NCBI GenBank assembly: GCA_964016885.1
Contig: OZ024747.1
Span: 70,804,001 to 70,868,000, forward strand
Direction of reading: 5' to 3'
Length of the DNA stretch: 64,000 nt
From: Eledone cirrhosa
Lineage: Eukaryota
Made by a program: the position numbers and the translations under genes. Positions 1-12,870 of this stretch are shown piece after piece (position 1 is the stretch's first letter; every line of letters begins with the position of its first letter). Under the pieces are notes generated by a model. It did not search any database, was not told where the DNA came from, and saw nothing but the letters and a program-made list of their open reading frames with translations.

Positions 1-79
1 GTGTGGGCTGGGTGCTTTTTTGCCGTGGCACCTCCACGACCACCTTGCGGTGGGGGGGGGGGCATATTGTTTATATGCT

Positions 80-3000
80 TCAGCATGTACCCATGGGAGG
101 TCGGGTACCCTGTATTACTGCGTGACGCCAGAAGTCACGGTCGTGTGTCATTGACTTTGAGAGCTGTAGTTGGGTAAGGTCGGCTTTTATCACCTCATCC
201 CAAGTCATCTTGGGTCTCCCCACTCCGCGGTTTCCATCAACTTCTAGTGCTCTGCACCTTTTTATGCAGCTGTCATCCTTCATACGCATCACATGTCCAT
301 ACCAGCGTAACCGCCTCTCCTGCACGCAGCATTTGATTCCTCTTATGCTCAGTCTCTCTCTCAATTCATTTATGCTTTGTCGTTCACGTATATTACTGTT
401 ACACATCCATCGGAGCATGCAGGCTTCGTTTCTCTCTAATCTACGTAAGTCTTCCACCTTCAGCGCCCAGGTCTCACTACCATGCAACATCGCTGTTCGG
501 ATACACGCATCATACAGTCTGCCTTTCATTCTGAGGGAGAAGCCTTTTGCAGCTAGCAGTGGTAGTAGTTCCCTAAACTTCTTCCATCCCGTTCTTACCC
601 TAGTTATTGTACTTTCTGAGCACCCACCTCCGTTGCTAATTCGGTCACCTAGGTAGCAGAAGCTGTCTACTGTTTCTACAGGGCCCTCCCAGAGATTGGT
701 GGTACTTGTTTCCTGTGGTTGTTTGCTTGCTGTTTCAGCACAGCTGCTGCATGTGAATCCTACATTCTTAATTAAGCTTCCTGAGATCCCGCTACATCTC
801 TTGTGTACCCATTGTTTGCATTTGGGGCAAAGAATGGAGTTCCTACCTACACCTTTCCTACATACTGAGCAAGGCCATTTCCCTGAGGGGATCTGGGTTC
901 TGTTTTCTCGTCTACTTATAAGGACCTTAGTCTTTGTCATGTTGACTTTGAGGCCCTTTCTCTCTAGTCCCTGCTTCCAGGTTTGGAATTTATTCTCTAG
1001 TTCTACCATAGATTCAGCTATGAGTGCGAGGTCATCAGCATACAGGAGTTCCCATGGGCATCCGGTCTTAAACTCCTCCGTTATTGCCTGCAGGACTATG
1101 ATGAACAGGAGAGGGCTAAGAACAGAGCCCTGGTGGACCCCAACCTGTACGCTAAATTCCTCGCTATACTCATTGCCAATCCTAACTTTGCTGACTGCTC
1201 CCCTATACATGGCTTGTACCGCTTTCACAAGCCATTCATCTACTCCTAGTTTTCTAAGAGCCCACCAGATTACTGCACGTGGAACTCTGTCAAAGGCTTT
1301 CTCAAGGTCGACAAATGCCAAGTAGAGTGGCTTACTTTTAGCTAGGTACTTTTCCTGTAATTGCCTCACAAGGAAGAGCGCATCAGTGGTGCCTTTCCCT
1401 GGTACAAACCCAAATTGCATCTCGTCTATATTCACCCGGTCCCTAATCAGCTGTGCTATAACTCTTTCTGTTACTTTCATGACCTGGTCCATCAACTTTA
1501 TACCTCTATAGTTTCCTCTATCTAGTGCATCGCCTTTACCTTTGTAGCAGTTGACAATGATGCTACTGCACCAATCTTTTGGTATGGCCCCCTCTAGTAT
1601 TACCTGGTTAACGATACGTGTGGTTATAGTGTGACCTACAGACCCAGATGCCTTCAGCATCTCGGCAGCTATACCCGATGGACCGGTTGCCTTCCCTATC
1701 TTCATATCTCTGATTGCCTTACTTACTACGCTGCCGCTGACTTGTACTGCTGGTCCCTCTATAGGGTCTACGTGGGGTAGGGTCTCTTCTTCCCATGCAT
1801 TCTCCTCATTTAGTAATCTATCATAATGACTCTTCCATGCATCTTTCTTCTCAGCACTTGTGAGGGCAAGCTCACCTTTATCATTCCGGATACACTTCTC
1901 TCCAATGACATCACAACTATCTCTGACACACTGCCTCGCAATCTTGAATACCTCCTGTTTCTGGTCCTCACGTTGTAAAACATGCTTGAATTTTCTATCC
2001 TCTGTTTCCCTCCTAGCTAAGTATACTTGTCGCCTAGCTTCCCTCTTGGTCTCTATGTAATGTACCCTGCTCCCCCCGTTCTTCCATTCTTTCCATGCCT
2101 GTCTCTTGGCCTTGACTGCTTCATCTACCTTATTGTTCCACCACCAAGTCACTCTCCTCCTGCTTGAGGTCTTACTCCAGCCACAAACCTCATCTGTCGC
2201 CTCTAGTAAGTTATTTTTTAGGAACTCCCAGTTCTCTTCTACGTTAAATGTCTCTATCTGTTCTTCTTTACTGTCGTAGGCGTTGAGTAAAATATCTTTA
2301 AATCTGTTACTGGTTGAGGGGACTTTCAGCTTCCAGATCTTTCTTCTCCAGGTTGGCCTCTGTTTCAGGGCTCGTCTAGTTCTGACCGTGAGGTCGCTGA
2401 CAACTAAGCTATGTTGGGATGTACATTCCTCACTAGGGAAGGCTTTTGTGTTTACGACCGTCCATCTGTCACGTCCTCTGATGAGGATAAAATCTAACTG
2501 ACTAGAGTGCTCCCCTGATCTATAGGTGATCAGGTGGTTGTCGGGTTTTTTAAAGTTTGTGTTACATATCGACATGTCATTGGCGTCGCAGAATTCTAGA
2601 AGTCTGAATCCTTCCTCATTCCTTGTGCCAACTCCATGGCCTCCATGTACTCTATTGAAACCGTCGCAGTGTTTACCTACGTGTCCGTTAAAATCTCCTG
2701 CAATGATTAGGAAGTCCTTGTCGTCTGTTAGAGCAGTAGTGTGTATTAGGGACTCGTAAAACCTATCCTTAAGTTCGTCTGGCAGCCCCGATTGGGGTGC
2801 GTAAGCTGATATTATTGTGGTAATTGTCTTATTCAGGACTAGTCTGAGTTTAATGATTCTTGCATTTACCCTGTACACTGAGATTACTTTATCTACCCAC
2901 TTGTCAGCTAATAGTATACCTACACCACCCATCCCATCGTCATTTCCCACCCAGAAAAATTTGTAGCACTGGCTTTTTCCTACAAGGACTCTAGCAGACC

Positions 3001-3199
3001 CTCCTCTCCATCTAGTCTCTTGCACACAGCATACATCAACTGCCTTTCGCTCTAGCATTTCTACGATTTCTCCTGCTCTTCCTTTCATTGAGCCTACATT
3101 GATGGTACCAACTCGGAGTTTTGGGCATTTGTCGACACTCGTAGGGGAGGGTCTCTGGGTTGGCGCTTCACGTGGGTGCTTGGTAGCTCGCAGATTCAT
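80..3199 (-). CDS. RTE-clade non-LTR retrotransposon ORF (APE endonuclease + reverse transcriptase + PHD-like zinc finger), uninterrupted 1039 aa
   Basis: APE motifs GTINVGSM, QETRW, SAYAPQ, GDFNGHVG, LDFIL, SQH. RT motifs NYRGIKL, QFGFVPGKGT, FVDLEKAFD, GVHQGSVLSPLLF, LLYADD, YLG. RTE-type C-terminus HGSETW...RLRWYGHVMR...GRPKMTW. Cys/His cluster CSVC...CPKC..WVHKRC...FTCSSC. Confidence 0.97.
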   Translation of the reverse strand: MNLRATKHPREAPTQRPSPTSVDKCPKLRVGTINVGSMKGRAGEIVEMLERKAVDVCCVQETRWRGGSARVLVGKSQCYKFFWVGNDDGMGGVGILLADKWVDKVISVYRVNARIIKLRLVLNKTITTIISAYAPQSGLPDELKDRFYESLIHTTALTDDKDFLIIAGDFNGHVGKHCDGFNRVHGGHGVGTRNEEGFRLLEFCDANDMSICNTNFKKPDNHLITYRSGEHSSQLDFILIRGRDRWTVVNTKAFPSEECTSQHSLVVSDLTVRTRRALKQRPTWRRKIWKLKVPSTSNRFKDILLNAYDSKEEQIETFNVEENWEFLKNNLLEATDEVCGWSKTSSRRRVTWWWNNKVDEAVKAKRQAWKEWKNGGSRVHYIETKREARRQVYLARRETEDRKFKHVLQREDQKQEVFKIARQCVRDSCDVIGEKCIRNDKGELALTSAEKKDAWKSHYDRLLNEENAWEEETLPHVDPIEGPAVQVSGSVVSKAIRDMKIGKATGPSGIAAEMLKASGSVGHTITTRIVNQVILEGAIPKDWCSSIIVNCYKGKGDALDRGNYRGIKLMDQVMKVTERVIAQLIRDRVNIDEMQFGFVPGKGTTDALFLVRQLQEKYLAKSKPLYLAFVDLEKAFDRVPRAVIWWALRKLGVDEWLVKAVQAMYRGAVSKVRIGNEYSEEFSVQVGVHQGSVLSPLLFIIVLQAITEEFKTGCPWELLYADDLALIAESMVELENKFQTWKQGLERKGLKVNMTKTKVLISRRENRTQIPSGKWPCSVCRKGVGRNSILCPKCKQWVHKRCSGISGSLIKNVGFTCSSCAETASKQPQETSTTNLWEGPVETVDSFCYLGDRISNGGGCSESTITRVRTGWKKFRELLPLLAAKGFSLRMKGRLYDACIRTAMLHGSETWALKVEDLRRLERNEACMLRWMCNSNIRERQSINELRERLSIRGIKCCVQERRLRWYGHVMRMKDDSCIKRCRALEVDGNRGVGRPKMTWDEVIKADLTQLQLSKSMTHDRDFWRHAVIQGTRPPMGTC

Positions 3200-3434
3200 A
3201 TTTCATCTATTGATTCAGAGTTGCTCGTGTATTCCCAGCTCATCCATCCATAACGGTGGGAAAATTGAGGGCTAGAAGGACAGTGGTGGTGGGGTAATGG
3301 CAGGGTGTGTTGGGATGCGCCAGAGGAGGAGAGAGTTAGTTAGGCAGGTAGTAGCAGCAGCAGCAGTGGAAATGGCATGCTAGGTTTGATTGGTCGAATA
3401 GACTATGGTGGTGGGGGGGGGAGGGAAATTGTGA

Positions 3435-4439
3435 GGTAGGAACTGAGGGTCGCATGGTAAATATCCAAGTTAATACTACATCAGTAAAATTAACAATAAT
3501 AACGTCATGAAAAAAGCTACTAAGAGAAACCCTCGAAAATTTATCGCTAATACAGCAGGGAAAATTTAACGCTAATACAGCAGGGAACATCATAATATTA
3601 ACGACAATATGTAGGCTAAAATACCTTCGTAGATTAGATGGATGGCTGGCTGGGAAAATTGGAATCAGCTCTAGTGGTACATTTTAGCAGAGAAGAATGG
3701 GAAAGTGTCTTATCTCTTCAATATTTTCAGATTGAATGAATTAGGTTAAAGACAGGGTAGTAAGCCTTAAAGAAGTGCATAGAGAGGGGGGGTAGGAACT
3801 GAGGGTCGCATGGTAAATAACTGAGAGAGATACAATAGGATTAGAATACCGCATGGTAAATATCCAAGTTAATAAGTTAATACTACATCAGTAAAATTAA
3901 CAATAATAACGTCATGAAAAAAGCTACTAAGAGAAACCCTCGAAAATTTATCGCTAATACAGCAGGGAAAATTTAACGCTAATACAGCAGGGAACATCAT
4001 AATATTAACGACAATATGTAGGCTAAAATACCTTCGTAGATTAGATGGATGGCTGGCTGGGAAAATTTGAATCAGCTCTAGTGGTACATTTTAGCAGAGA
4101 AGAATGGGAAAGTGTCTTATCTCTTCAATATTTTCAGATTGAATGAATTAGGTTAAAGACAGGGTAGTAAGCCTTAAAGAAGTGCATAGAGAGGGGGGGG
4201 GTAGGAACTGAGGGTCGCATGGTAAATAACTGAGAGAGATACAATAGGATTAGAATACCGCATGGTAAATATCCAAGTTAATAAGTTAATACTACATCAG
4301 TAAAATTAACAATAATAACGTCATGAAAAAAGCTACTAAGAGAAACCCTCGAAAATTTATCGCTAATACAGCAGGGAAAATTTAACGCTAATACAGCAGG
4401 GAACATCATAATATTAACGACAATATGTAGGCTAAAATA
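3435..4439. repeat. About 408-bp tandem repeat, about 2.4 near-identical copies, upstream of the RTE ORF
   Basis: AATACTACATCAGTAAAATTAAC recurs at about 3472, 3879 and 4288. GGTAGGAACTGAGGGTCGCATGGTAAATA recurs at about 3435, 3791 and 4200. Confidence 0.92.
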
Positions 4440-4596
4440 TATGTAAGTATGTATATATATATGAATACATACATCTGACAATCACATTAACACTTAAAAA
4501 ACTAGATGTGTTAGCTAACTTGTTACCTCCCCTTGTTCTAACATACAACATTTTCCCATATTTATATGTCCCCCATTAACTTTATTCCTCCAATTG

Positions 4597-4636
<40 letters not shown>

Positions 4637-5039
4637 TTATGTATTTATGTGTCTATCTCTGTTAATGTATACTGGCTTAAAGTTGTGTGTTCAGTTGCTT
4701 CCATTTACATTACTTTATTCTTTCAATTGCTTTAATTTGGATAATCTTTTAAGGTTTTACTTATTTTAGTCACTGGATTGAAGTGATGTTGGGGTTCTCC
4801 TTTCAGGGGTTTTAGTCAATCATATCACCCCTGGGCTTATTTTAGTCTGGTAGTTATTCTGTCAATTGAATAGCTAAGATTCTTTTTAACATAAAGGAAA
4901 GCAATTCATCAGACTTTTACACCACCAGTATACATTACCACAAGCTCACATATATACATAACCATACATACACACATATATACATTACCACAAGCTCACA
5001 TATATACATAACCATACATACACACATATACATATTCCA

Positions 5040-5190
5040 CGTTCCTCATAGTTTCCATCTTCTGTATCTAATTACAAGACTTTGGGCAACCTGAGTCAAG
5101 ACCAGAAAACACTTTCCCAAAGTGCTGCACAGCGTGATTGAACATGGAAACGCATGACTGTGATGCAAATTTCTTAACTGCACAGCTTGG
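5040..5190 (-). mobile_element. Decayed SINE; related copies at about 29815, 38455-38550, 38760-38890 and 53190-53310
   Basis: Shared motifs cagtttccatc..., gaagacacttgcccaag-like, and a reverse B-box-like gattgaac segment across copies. Confidence 0.55.
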
Positions 5191-7088
5191 ATAAATATTC
5201 TAGGGCCAGTTACTTATTTTGAATATTTATATATATACATATATTTATATATATAATATATTCTATTTTATTTTATTTTACTAAAAAACCGAAAGTCATA
5301 TTTGCAGGTGACAATTTTGAAATCTGTGATTTTCTTATTTAAATCCTGGCAACACCACTTAAGGCTCTCATTACCGCAGCTGCAAAGCTTTTAATGCAGG
5401 ATTGATATTATAGGATATCAAACTGACTGAGTGTTTGATATAGCTATGTGATTTCAAGGTCAAATTCTGTCAACAAGTTTCAAAAACTAATGAGGGAATA
5501 CCTTTCACTTGCTCCCTGGTGTAATATATATTCCTTAACAAACTTCACACAGTATCTAATAAAAGGCTGAGGTTCTTGTTTTAAATCCTGAAATTTCAAG
5601 CAGCATATTCACAAATCGATGATTGGCTACAACTTGCTTGAACATCAAATGTTTCTACACAATTTGAAGCCCTCTTAACATATCTTGTGTTCTCACTATA
5701 CAAAATGTATTTACTTCAGCAATAAGAAGTTTAACTATTCAATAAAAATAACACATACCATTACCCTAGTTGTAAATTTGTCATGTATGTAGCAGAGTAA
5801 GCATATTCCTGACAATGTGACATCTCAGCATGTCACATTTATAATTAACATAATGTCTCCACACATTTAATCCTTGTGTTTAATGGTTTGTAGTGATTGA
5901 AAAAGACATCTTTAGACAGTGTCTCAATCTATCATGGATACATTTTCAGATGATATATACCTATCTAAGTGAACTGCAGTAATTTACAACAAATTATATT
6001 TCACAGAATCAAAATCAAAACTTACTCATGAGGTTTTAAATGTTAATCAACCATTTAGTCAAAGAGAGAAAGCATTGCCTCGGTTCATTCAATTTCTCTT
6101 TTTTTGGTCTTCTAGGACTGGTTTGAAGGAGGAAAGAAGGTATCTTAAAACTAGAGACCAAGCCCAAATGCTTGCAACTGAATGAACTCTGCTACAGTTA
6201 CCCAAGGACTAGGTATTGTTGTTAAACTAGGTTACAAATTAATTCTATCACAAAGTCAGAAAATAGAAGAAATCTATGCTAGAAGAAATACAGCACCATA
6301 TCTGGTCTAACACTCCAAGAATTAGAACATAAAGTGCTAGAAGAAATACAGCAACATATCTTGTCTAACACTCCAAGAATTCAGCAATTCCATCTCACTG
6401 CAATAGTATTTTATTTTATCAACCACAAAGGAAGAATGGCCAATTTAACCTCACCAAACTCAGAGCCCCCCCCCCCCCCCCCCCCCCCCAAAAAAAAAGT
6501 TTTAAAAATGCAAAGAACAGAAAATACAAGGACAACTTTACTCAAACAATTCTGCCCCAATTCACTACCTTGACTGAATAACTTATCTATTCAGGTATAG
6601 TGTCAAAACTTGTGTGTGACATTATTATTTTAGAAATAACTTCATACATTTCTTTTTGTATCTTCAAATACACAATTACTTTCTTGTATTATTTGACATA
6701 ATGTCAGTTTTTGAAGACTGTTTGTCTGCAACAGTATCTGAGACTGCCATTGGAAGGCTCAGCAGGATTACCAGAAAATATTCTTCACTATTCTAACCTT
6801 TCCCAAGGGAATAACTATGCTTCATTCTTTTAGATGTCTTGCAGTTTGCTTCAATCAAATACATAGATTGACTACAACAAAGAATAGAGTATCAGTTTAG
6901 TGGGTTGAGACAAGAAGAATATGTTGTATGTAAACTGTAGTAAAGACAGCTAGAATAGCACACCACTTACAGTGTTATGACTGGTTCGTCAATCATTCAT
7001 TACATATTAGTAGTAGCACCAATACATTTAAAGGAAGAAATAAACAATGTGTTCAGTACATGAGTAGTTTTATGCAGTACATCTTTTA

Positions 7089-7216
7089 CACACACACAGG
7101 CACACACACACACATGTGCACACAAACACACACATGAACACACACACACACATGTGCACACAAACACACACATGCATACACACACTCATGCACATACATA
7201 CACACATCATAACACA
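7089..7216. repeat. (CA)n-derived microsatellite
   Basis: Direct inspection. Confidence 0.9.
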
Positions 7217-9159
7217 CAAAGTGCTGCAGTAACAGAAGACAAATACTGACACTAGCTTTGATATCAACAAGAGTTACAGTTGAAGATGTGATGATTTCAA
7301 TGTCGAAATACAGAGAAAATTGACTGGTTAAGTACAAGAGATGGGGTGGGCTCAAAAAACATTTAATAATAATATTTTACAAAGATAAAGATGGAAATAC
7401 CATTCATATATGTAACACTTGACCAGTTTAATATTCTATTAAGCATTCTACAAACAGTTTCTAGAAAATCATATTTGAATGGTTCCTTTAAATGCCAGAG
7501 ATTTGCCTTAGGCAAATACATCTAGTAAGCTCTATCTTAGATATACAGTATTGCCAAAAGCCAATTTCTTTAAAACGCCACACTGATTAGTATAATCTTG
7601 GGCACACTGTATTTGAAAAAAAGTTGGGATGGACTAAACTTCAAAAACAAATATTCCTACAAAGAAAGCAACACTTACAAACACTTATTTACACATATTT
7701 ATAGATCGATACATGGCCTCCATCAGATATATACAGTTCCTTACAACCTTTCAACAAAGTCAGAGCAAGAGAAGAAGCAAAAGATATATAAAGAAAGAAA
7801 ATGAAACAGAAGGGAAAGAGATAGATTTTTACCAGATATCTCCTAAACTGCACTGTAGTATGATTATTTATTCAGTCAATTGTCGACTGTGTTACTGATT
7901 ACACCACAGAGAACCAACGAGAGAGCTGCTATGAACATATGTACTTATAGAGACAGCAAATAAATTCCACTCAAATTCCATAATATTTTATTATAACAAA
8001 AGAACACATTGGAAAATACAGACTACTTAGACTCACTGCTCAAGGAAGACGAAATAGGATGATCACTACAGCTCATCTGGGTCTAAACAAGATATCACTA
8101 AAACCCAGTATTGGTAATTTAGTGCAGATGCACTAGAATTGATGAGCTTTAACAGTGCTTAACACAGAAATGTTCAATTTGTCGTGGTCATATTTATAAT
8201 TTATTTAATGCCCCTTGGCATATATTTGTGGTGTTTCCCACAAACATCATTTACATTTCATTTGTAAAAAAGTAAAATAATAATAATAATTTTTTTCTGA
8301 ATACCCAGGCTGAAAACATTGAGGGCAATGCAATAAGGAGGGACAGTGGGGATTTACATATAATCATGTAAGGATAGAAAGAAAAAAAAAGGCAAAATAT
8401 CAAACAAATTGGCAACAGAATTCCCCCATATGGGAACAGCAACCAGCAGTAATTTAGTAACCCACAGATCTGAGATCACCCCCAACCAAAACTACTACAG
8501 GAAAGTGCCCATCTCCCGACTGTTATATCCATCTCTTCAGCCTGCAGGTGCATGCTTAGAATAGTTCCAATCATTTGGGCCATTCTTGCTATGTTCACCA
8601 ATATTTTAACAAATATACTGAGAGCAACACTTCCCTCTCCACCCCCACTTTTCTTTCCAAGTGGAACTTGAAAAATTTAATGTGGGCTTAGCCAAAGAGG
8701 GATATGTTTGTCTTCAATAATCACACCTCTTTCACAATAGCTACCAGACAGAGGACAACTGTGGGCCCTTTCTGGTGAACAGAAGGTGGTGGGAAACTTT
8801 TCATAATAAATTCGACTAATAGCCAGATCCATCTTAAATATGGTAACAAGATGCTGTAAGTCAGTAATGCACCAATACTGTATGGGTGCACGTAGGATAG
8901 TTTCATAATTCTGTACATCTTCGAGAAGCCCATATGACAGCTCTTCTGTGCCTATAATTTGTCTCAAATTAGCAATGCTTCTCCATAGCACTGCCAACCC
9001 TGGTATTTTTGGAAATTAACCATATCCCCTAAGCTAAAGCTCCTCTGGAACAGACTGTTCAGTTCATTCTGGTTGATGCCTAGAGTTTGCTGGAGAAAAT
9101 ATTTTCATTTATCCAATGCAAGTCCTCTAGAGAATGGAATTACCACTAACTGCAATTAG

Positions 9160-9352
9160 TATGAAAGTCAGCTGAAAAGTTCATAGGCTGACTAAGATAC
9201 TTTCATGGAATGACCAAATGAGGTTTATTTTCCGACATAGTCCCTGGATAGAAACAATGCAGTTATCAATAAGAAGAGTTGAAATTAATTCATGCAAGAT
9301 TTCACATCACTCTTTCATAGTCAGTCTATGAATTTTTCAACCAACACTTGTA
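9160..9352. mobile_element. Non-autonomous mariner-type element (MITE)
   Basis: Imperfect TIRs TATGAAAGTCAGCTGAAAAGTTCATAGGCTGACTA ... TAGTCAGTCTATGAATTTTTCAACCAACACTTGTA with TA ends, resembling mariner TIRs. Confidence 0.7.
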
Positions 9353-11177
9353 TAGACTGAGTCAGGATTGCAAACATCTAGACTATGTCTAGACATATGT
9401 CTAGACTATGGATGACAAACACTAACCCCTTTACTAAAGTATCTTGACCAAATCTTAAACTTTGTGTTGAGCAGAGTTATGAGCTAGAAATGACCAATTA
9501 TGCCTGCCTTGTTTTCCCCTTACTTCATCAGTGCTCCTATTCCTAGACTTACAGAACCAGGAATTCTCCATATACAGCTGCAACAATATCAACAAACAAG
9601 ACTGGTATATCAATATAAATTCAGGAGGAAAGACCATACAAACTGGATCGTCACCTTGTATGTGGTTTTTAGTACTTTTTAACAAAATATTGATGCTTTT
9701 ACTTTAGCAATCTTTTAACCATAATAGACAGTTTACTGTTGAAAACTTGGCAACAGTGTTGATATCATCTAAATGTTACACTTCACCTCACTACAAGAAC
9801 CAGCTAGAAGCTTTGTTATATTCTTGCCATTTCAACTCTACATTTGGTTCACATCAGTCTTGAATGATGAATAAAAAGTGTAATATTTTATAATTTTTAA
9901 TTTAACTCTTGCTTTCTAGTTCAGTATTTTATACAACTTTTATTTTAGATTAGTCATTGTATAAAATATATACATTTTTCATTAAAAAAAAAAATCAAAA
10001 TTAAAACATTTTTGGAATGAAGATAATCATTATTCAGTGCTAGTCCCAATAATAATTATTCAGTTAGGAACATGTATTAGTAGATTGGAAACACTCAAAA
10101 GAAATATTGTATAATCAAATAACATCTCACAGAATCTCTTCTAAAATTCTTAAGGATTAAAAGGTAGGTGTAAATCCTTTGTATTATATTTCTATTTGAT
10201 AATAAAACAACAACAACAATGAAACAACATTATTACCCATGATTTAACATGCTTTAAATTTTAAACAGAAATCTGGATCTGATATCTTCAAACTCAGAAA
10301 GGGCTATGTAATATCCTGTAGATATTTTTAACTTTATTCATAGCAAATATGAACAAAACGTCATTGATTCATGGTTTTATTTAATATTAGAGCTTTTTAC
10401 AAAAATCCTTTATAAGTTGAATACCTTGTTTATTGTAGCAAGAGAAAAATATCTTGTGAATGCATATGCAATAAAGCAATTTGAATAAATTAATGGATGG
10501 CTGAAGTTAATTTTGGATGTTTGATTTCTTCATGCTGGACTGAACACTTCAAAATACCTGCATTCATCATACATCTGTGCTATATTCATCATACTTCCCT
10601 GTTTGCCTCAGCATAGCTTTATAAAATATAATTATGAGCAACATTAGCTGAAGGAAAATCCTTGCTAGATGCATTAGTAACTATAAGCTTCCGTCTTCCC
10701 TTTGAGGAATACTATCACATCAAAAGCACAGTCTAAGACCAGCTTTTTGCAATGAGGAATGTAACCTCTACTTTTACTATAGTAGCTAGTGGAACCAAAG
10801 AGTTATAATCCAACAAAGAATTTCAATAGTTAGTTTAGACTTGCTTGAGGCAGTTATTTCACTTTGATGAGTTGGGATTTGACAATCAATCACAGTGAAG
10901 AATTCTTATGGAGTCAGGTTGGTAAACACCAATAGAATAGGAAGTGACCAGGTCTTCCTCCAACATTCATTATCACACCATAACATGACAATGAAAGATT
11001 TTTAGAGAAAATTCAATTAGTAATTGCTTTTCACACAGCACCTCTTTCTACTACCAAAATTGCACTTACTTCCATAAGTACAGAGTTAGAAGATGGAAAT
11101 AATAAGACAGTGAAACAATATCCTATCAACACACCCTATTAATGTATAGACAGTAATGTTTATCTATTTCAGAATTG

Positions 11178-11387
11178 TATATATGTATGCATGCGTGTAT
11201 GTATGTGTGTATGTATGCATGCATGTATGTATGAATGTGTGTGTGTATGTAAGTGTGTATGCATGTATGTAAGTATGCGTGTATATATGCACGTGTGTAT
11301 GTATGTATGCAAGTATATACATATGTATGCATGTATGTATGTGTGTGTACGTATGCGCACGTGAATATGCATGCATGTGTATGTGTG
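11178..11387. repeat. (TATG/TG)n compound microsatellite
   Basis: Direct inspection. Confidence 0.9.
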
Positions 11388-11679
11388 AAACAATTCAATT
11401 TTCATATCAGAAATCTATATTAGATTTTCAAGTTCCACATATGTGTTAAAGTAATTAGATTTCAAGATTTCAAAACAATTATATTTTACCTTTTTCAACA
11501 CAATAATACAATTTATATTTTCAATGTTTTCAACTTATTGAATTATATATGTATATATCTATATATCTGTGTGTATATATATATGTATCTGTGTGTGTGT
11601 ATATATATGTGTGTATATATATATATATAAAAACGATGATGATTATATGTATGTACATATATGTAACTTTGATAGGTTT

Positions 11680-12870
11680 TGGCCCGTATTGGTCCAGGCC
11701 ATGTTTAACTTAATAGCACCACCTGATAAAGTCTTTCAAATCATGATTTGGACACCATGGCCCACTCAAGCAGAGAGTTGTGGTTGACGGAGACATATCC
11801 GGGTGTAGGAGGTTTATCCAGTATTCAATGTGGGGTCAGGCAAAAGTGGAGAAGAGATGGCTAATGGTATGGACATCTCTCAACTGGAAAGTTCTGAGAA
11901 TCCAGGAACACATTCTGCGGGCCATGTCAACTTTGCTGTTTATATGAGTGGCTCAGCTTATGTTGTGGTCCACAATTACTCCCAAGTCTCTGATGTTGTT
12001 GGATGCCACAAGAGTTTCACCTGAAGGAAGGGAGTATGGCAGTTTCAGGAAATCCTCTTTTCCAAAATGGATTAACTCAAATTTATCCTCATTCAGCAGC
12101 ATATTATTCTTTTCCACCCATTGGAAAACAGCCAGTAGGTCTGTCTGAAGGTATGCCCGGTCACCCACTTCATTGATGACCTTCTGGAGCGTGGAATCAT
12201 CGGCAAAGATTCTTATGTTGCTGTTCTTGAAGATGTCAGTAACGTCATTAATATGGATGATGAAAAGAACTGGGCCCAACACAATTGCTTGCAGATCGCC
12301 ACTACTGACTTTGGCTGGGCTTGATTTTACTCCTTCAACTACAGCATGTTGGACTCTGTCTGTCAGGAAACACTCGATCCACTACAGTAACTTTCCAGAG
12401 ACACCAATGCTGGATAGTTTTTTTCAATAGAACCTTGTGATCAACACTGACTTTGGCCTTGGTGAAATCAAGGTAGATGACATCAGTGTTGGAGCCCTCT
12501 TCCAAAGCTCTCAAAATGTCATCAAAGTGAGGCAGGAGCTGCATTTAGCAGTCCCTTCCATTATGGAACCCATGTTGGTTGGAGTTCAGCAGCTTGTTGC
12601 ATTCAAGAAAGTTGGTTATTTGTGATCACACTACCCTCTCAAATACCTTGATGATATGAGAGGTGTGTGAGGTTGGACGATAGTTCACTGCAAGGGACTT
12701 GTTTCCCCTTTTTAAAACTGGGACAACAGACTGGGACAGAAAGTTTTCAGGAATATAGCCAGCATCCAGTGAGTTCCTCCACAGATTAGCAAGAGGAGAT
12801 GCACATTGGTGTCAACACACCTTCAGAACACAAGCAGGGAACCTATCAGGGCCTACTGCTGAATTGTGTT
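11680..12870 (-). pseudogene. Decayed CR1-like LINE reverse transcriptase fragment
   Basis: Frameshifted pieces DVIYLDFTKA, LGPVLFIIHIND, RIFADD, LQTDLLAVFQWVEKNNMLLNEDK, DLGVIVD are typical CR1/L2-group RT motifs. Confidence 0.88.

Larger units (their letters stand above)
1..4439 (-). mobile_element. Probably near full-length RTE LINE; 3' end runs off the window, 5' extent uncertain
   Basis: Intact ORF plus 3' UTR (1-79) and a GC/purine-skewed upstream region with near-identical tandem duplications ending about 4439. The TSD cannot be checked. Confidence 0.7.

Noticed and set aside
210-2759. Plus-strand ORFs of 66-209 aa
   Set aside because: Antisense shadows of the RTE ORF.
4930-6380. Short local tandem duplications (about 50 bp at 4930-5037, about 59 bp at 6270-6380)
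   Set aside because: Ordinary slippage duplications with no further structure.
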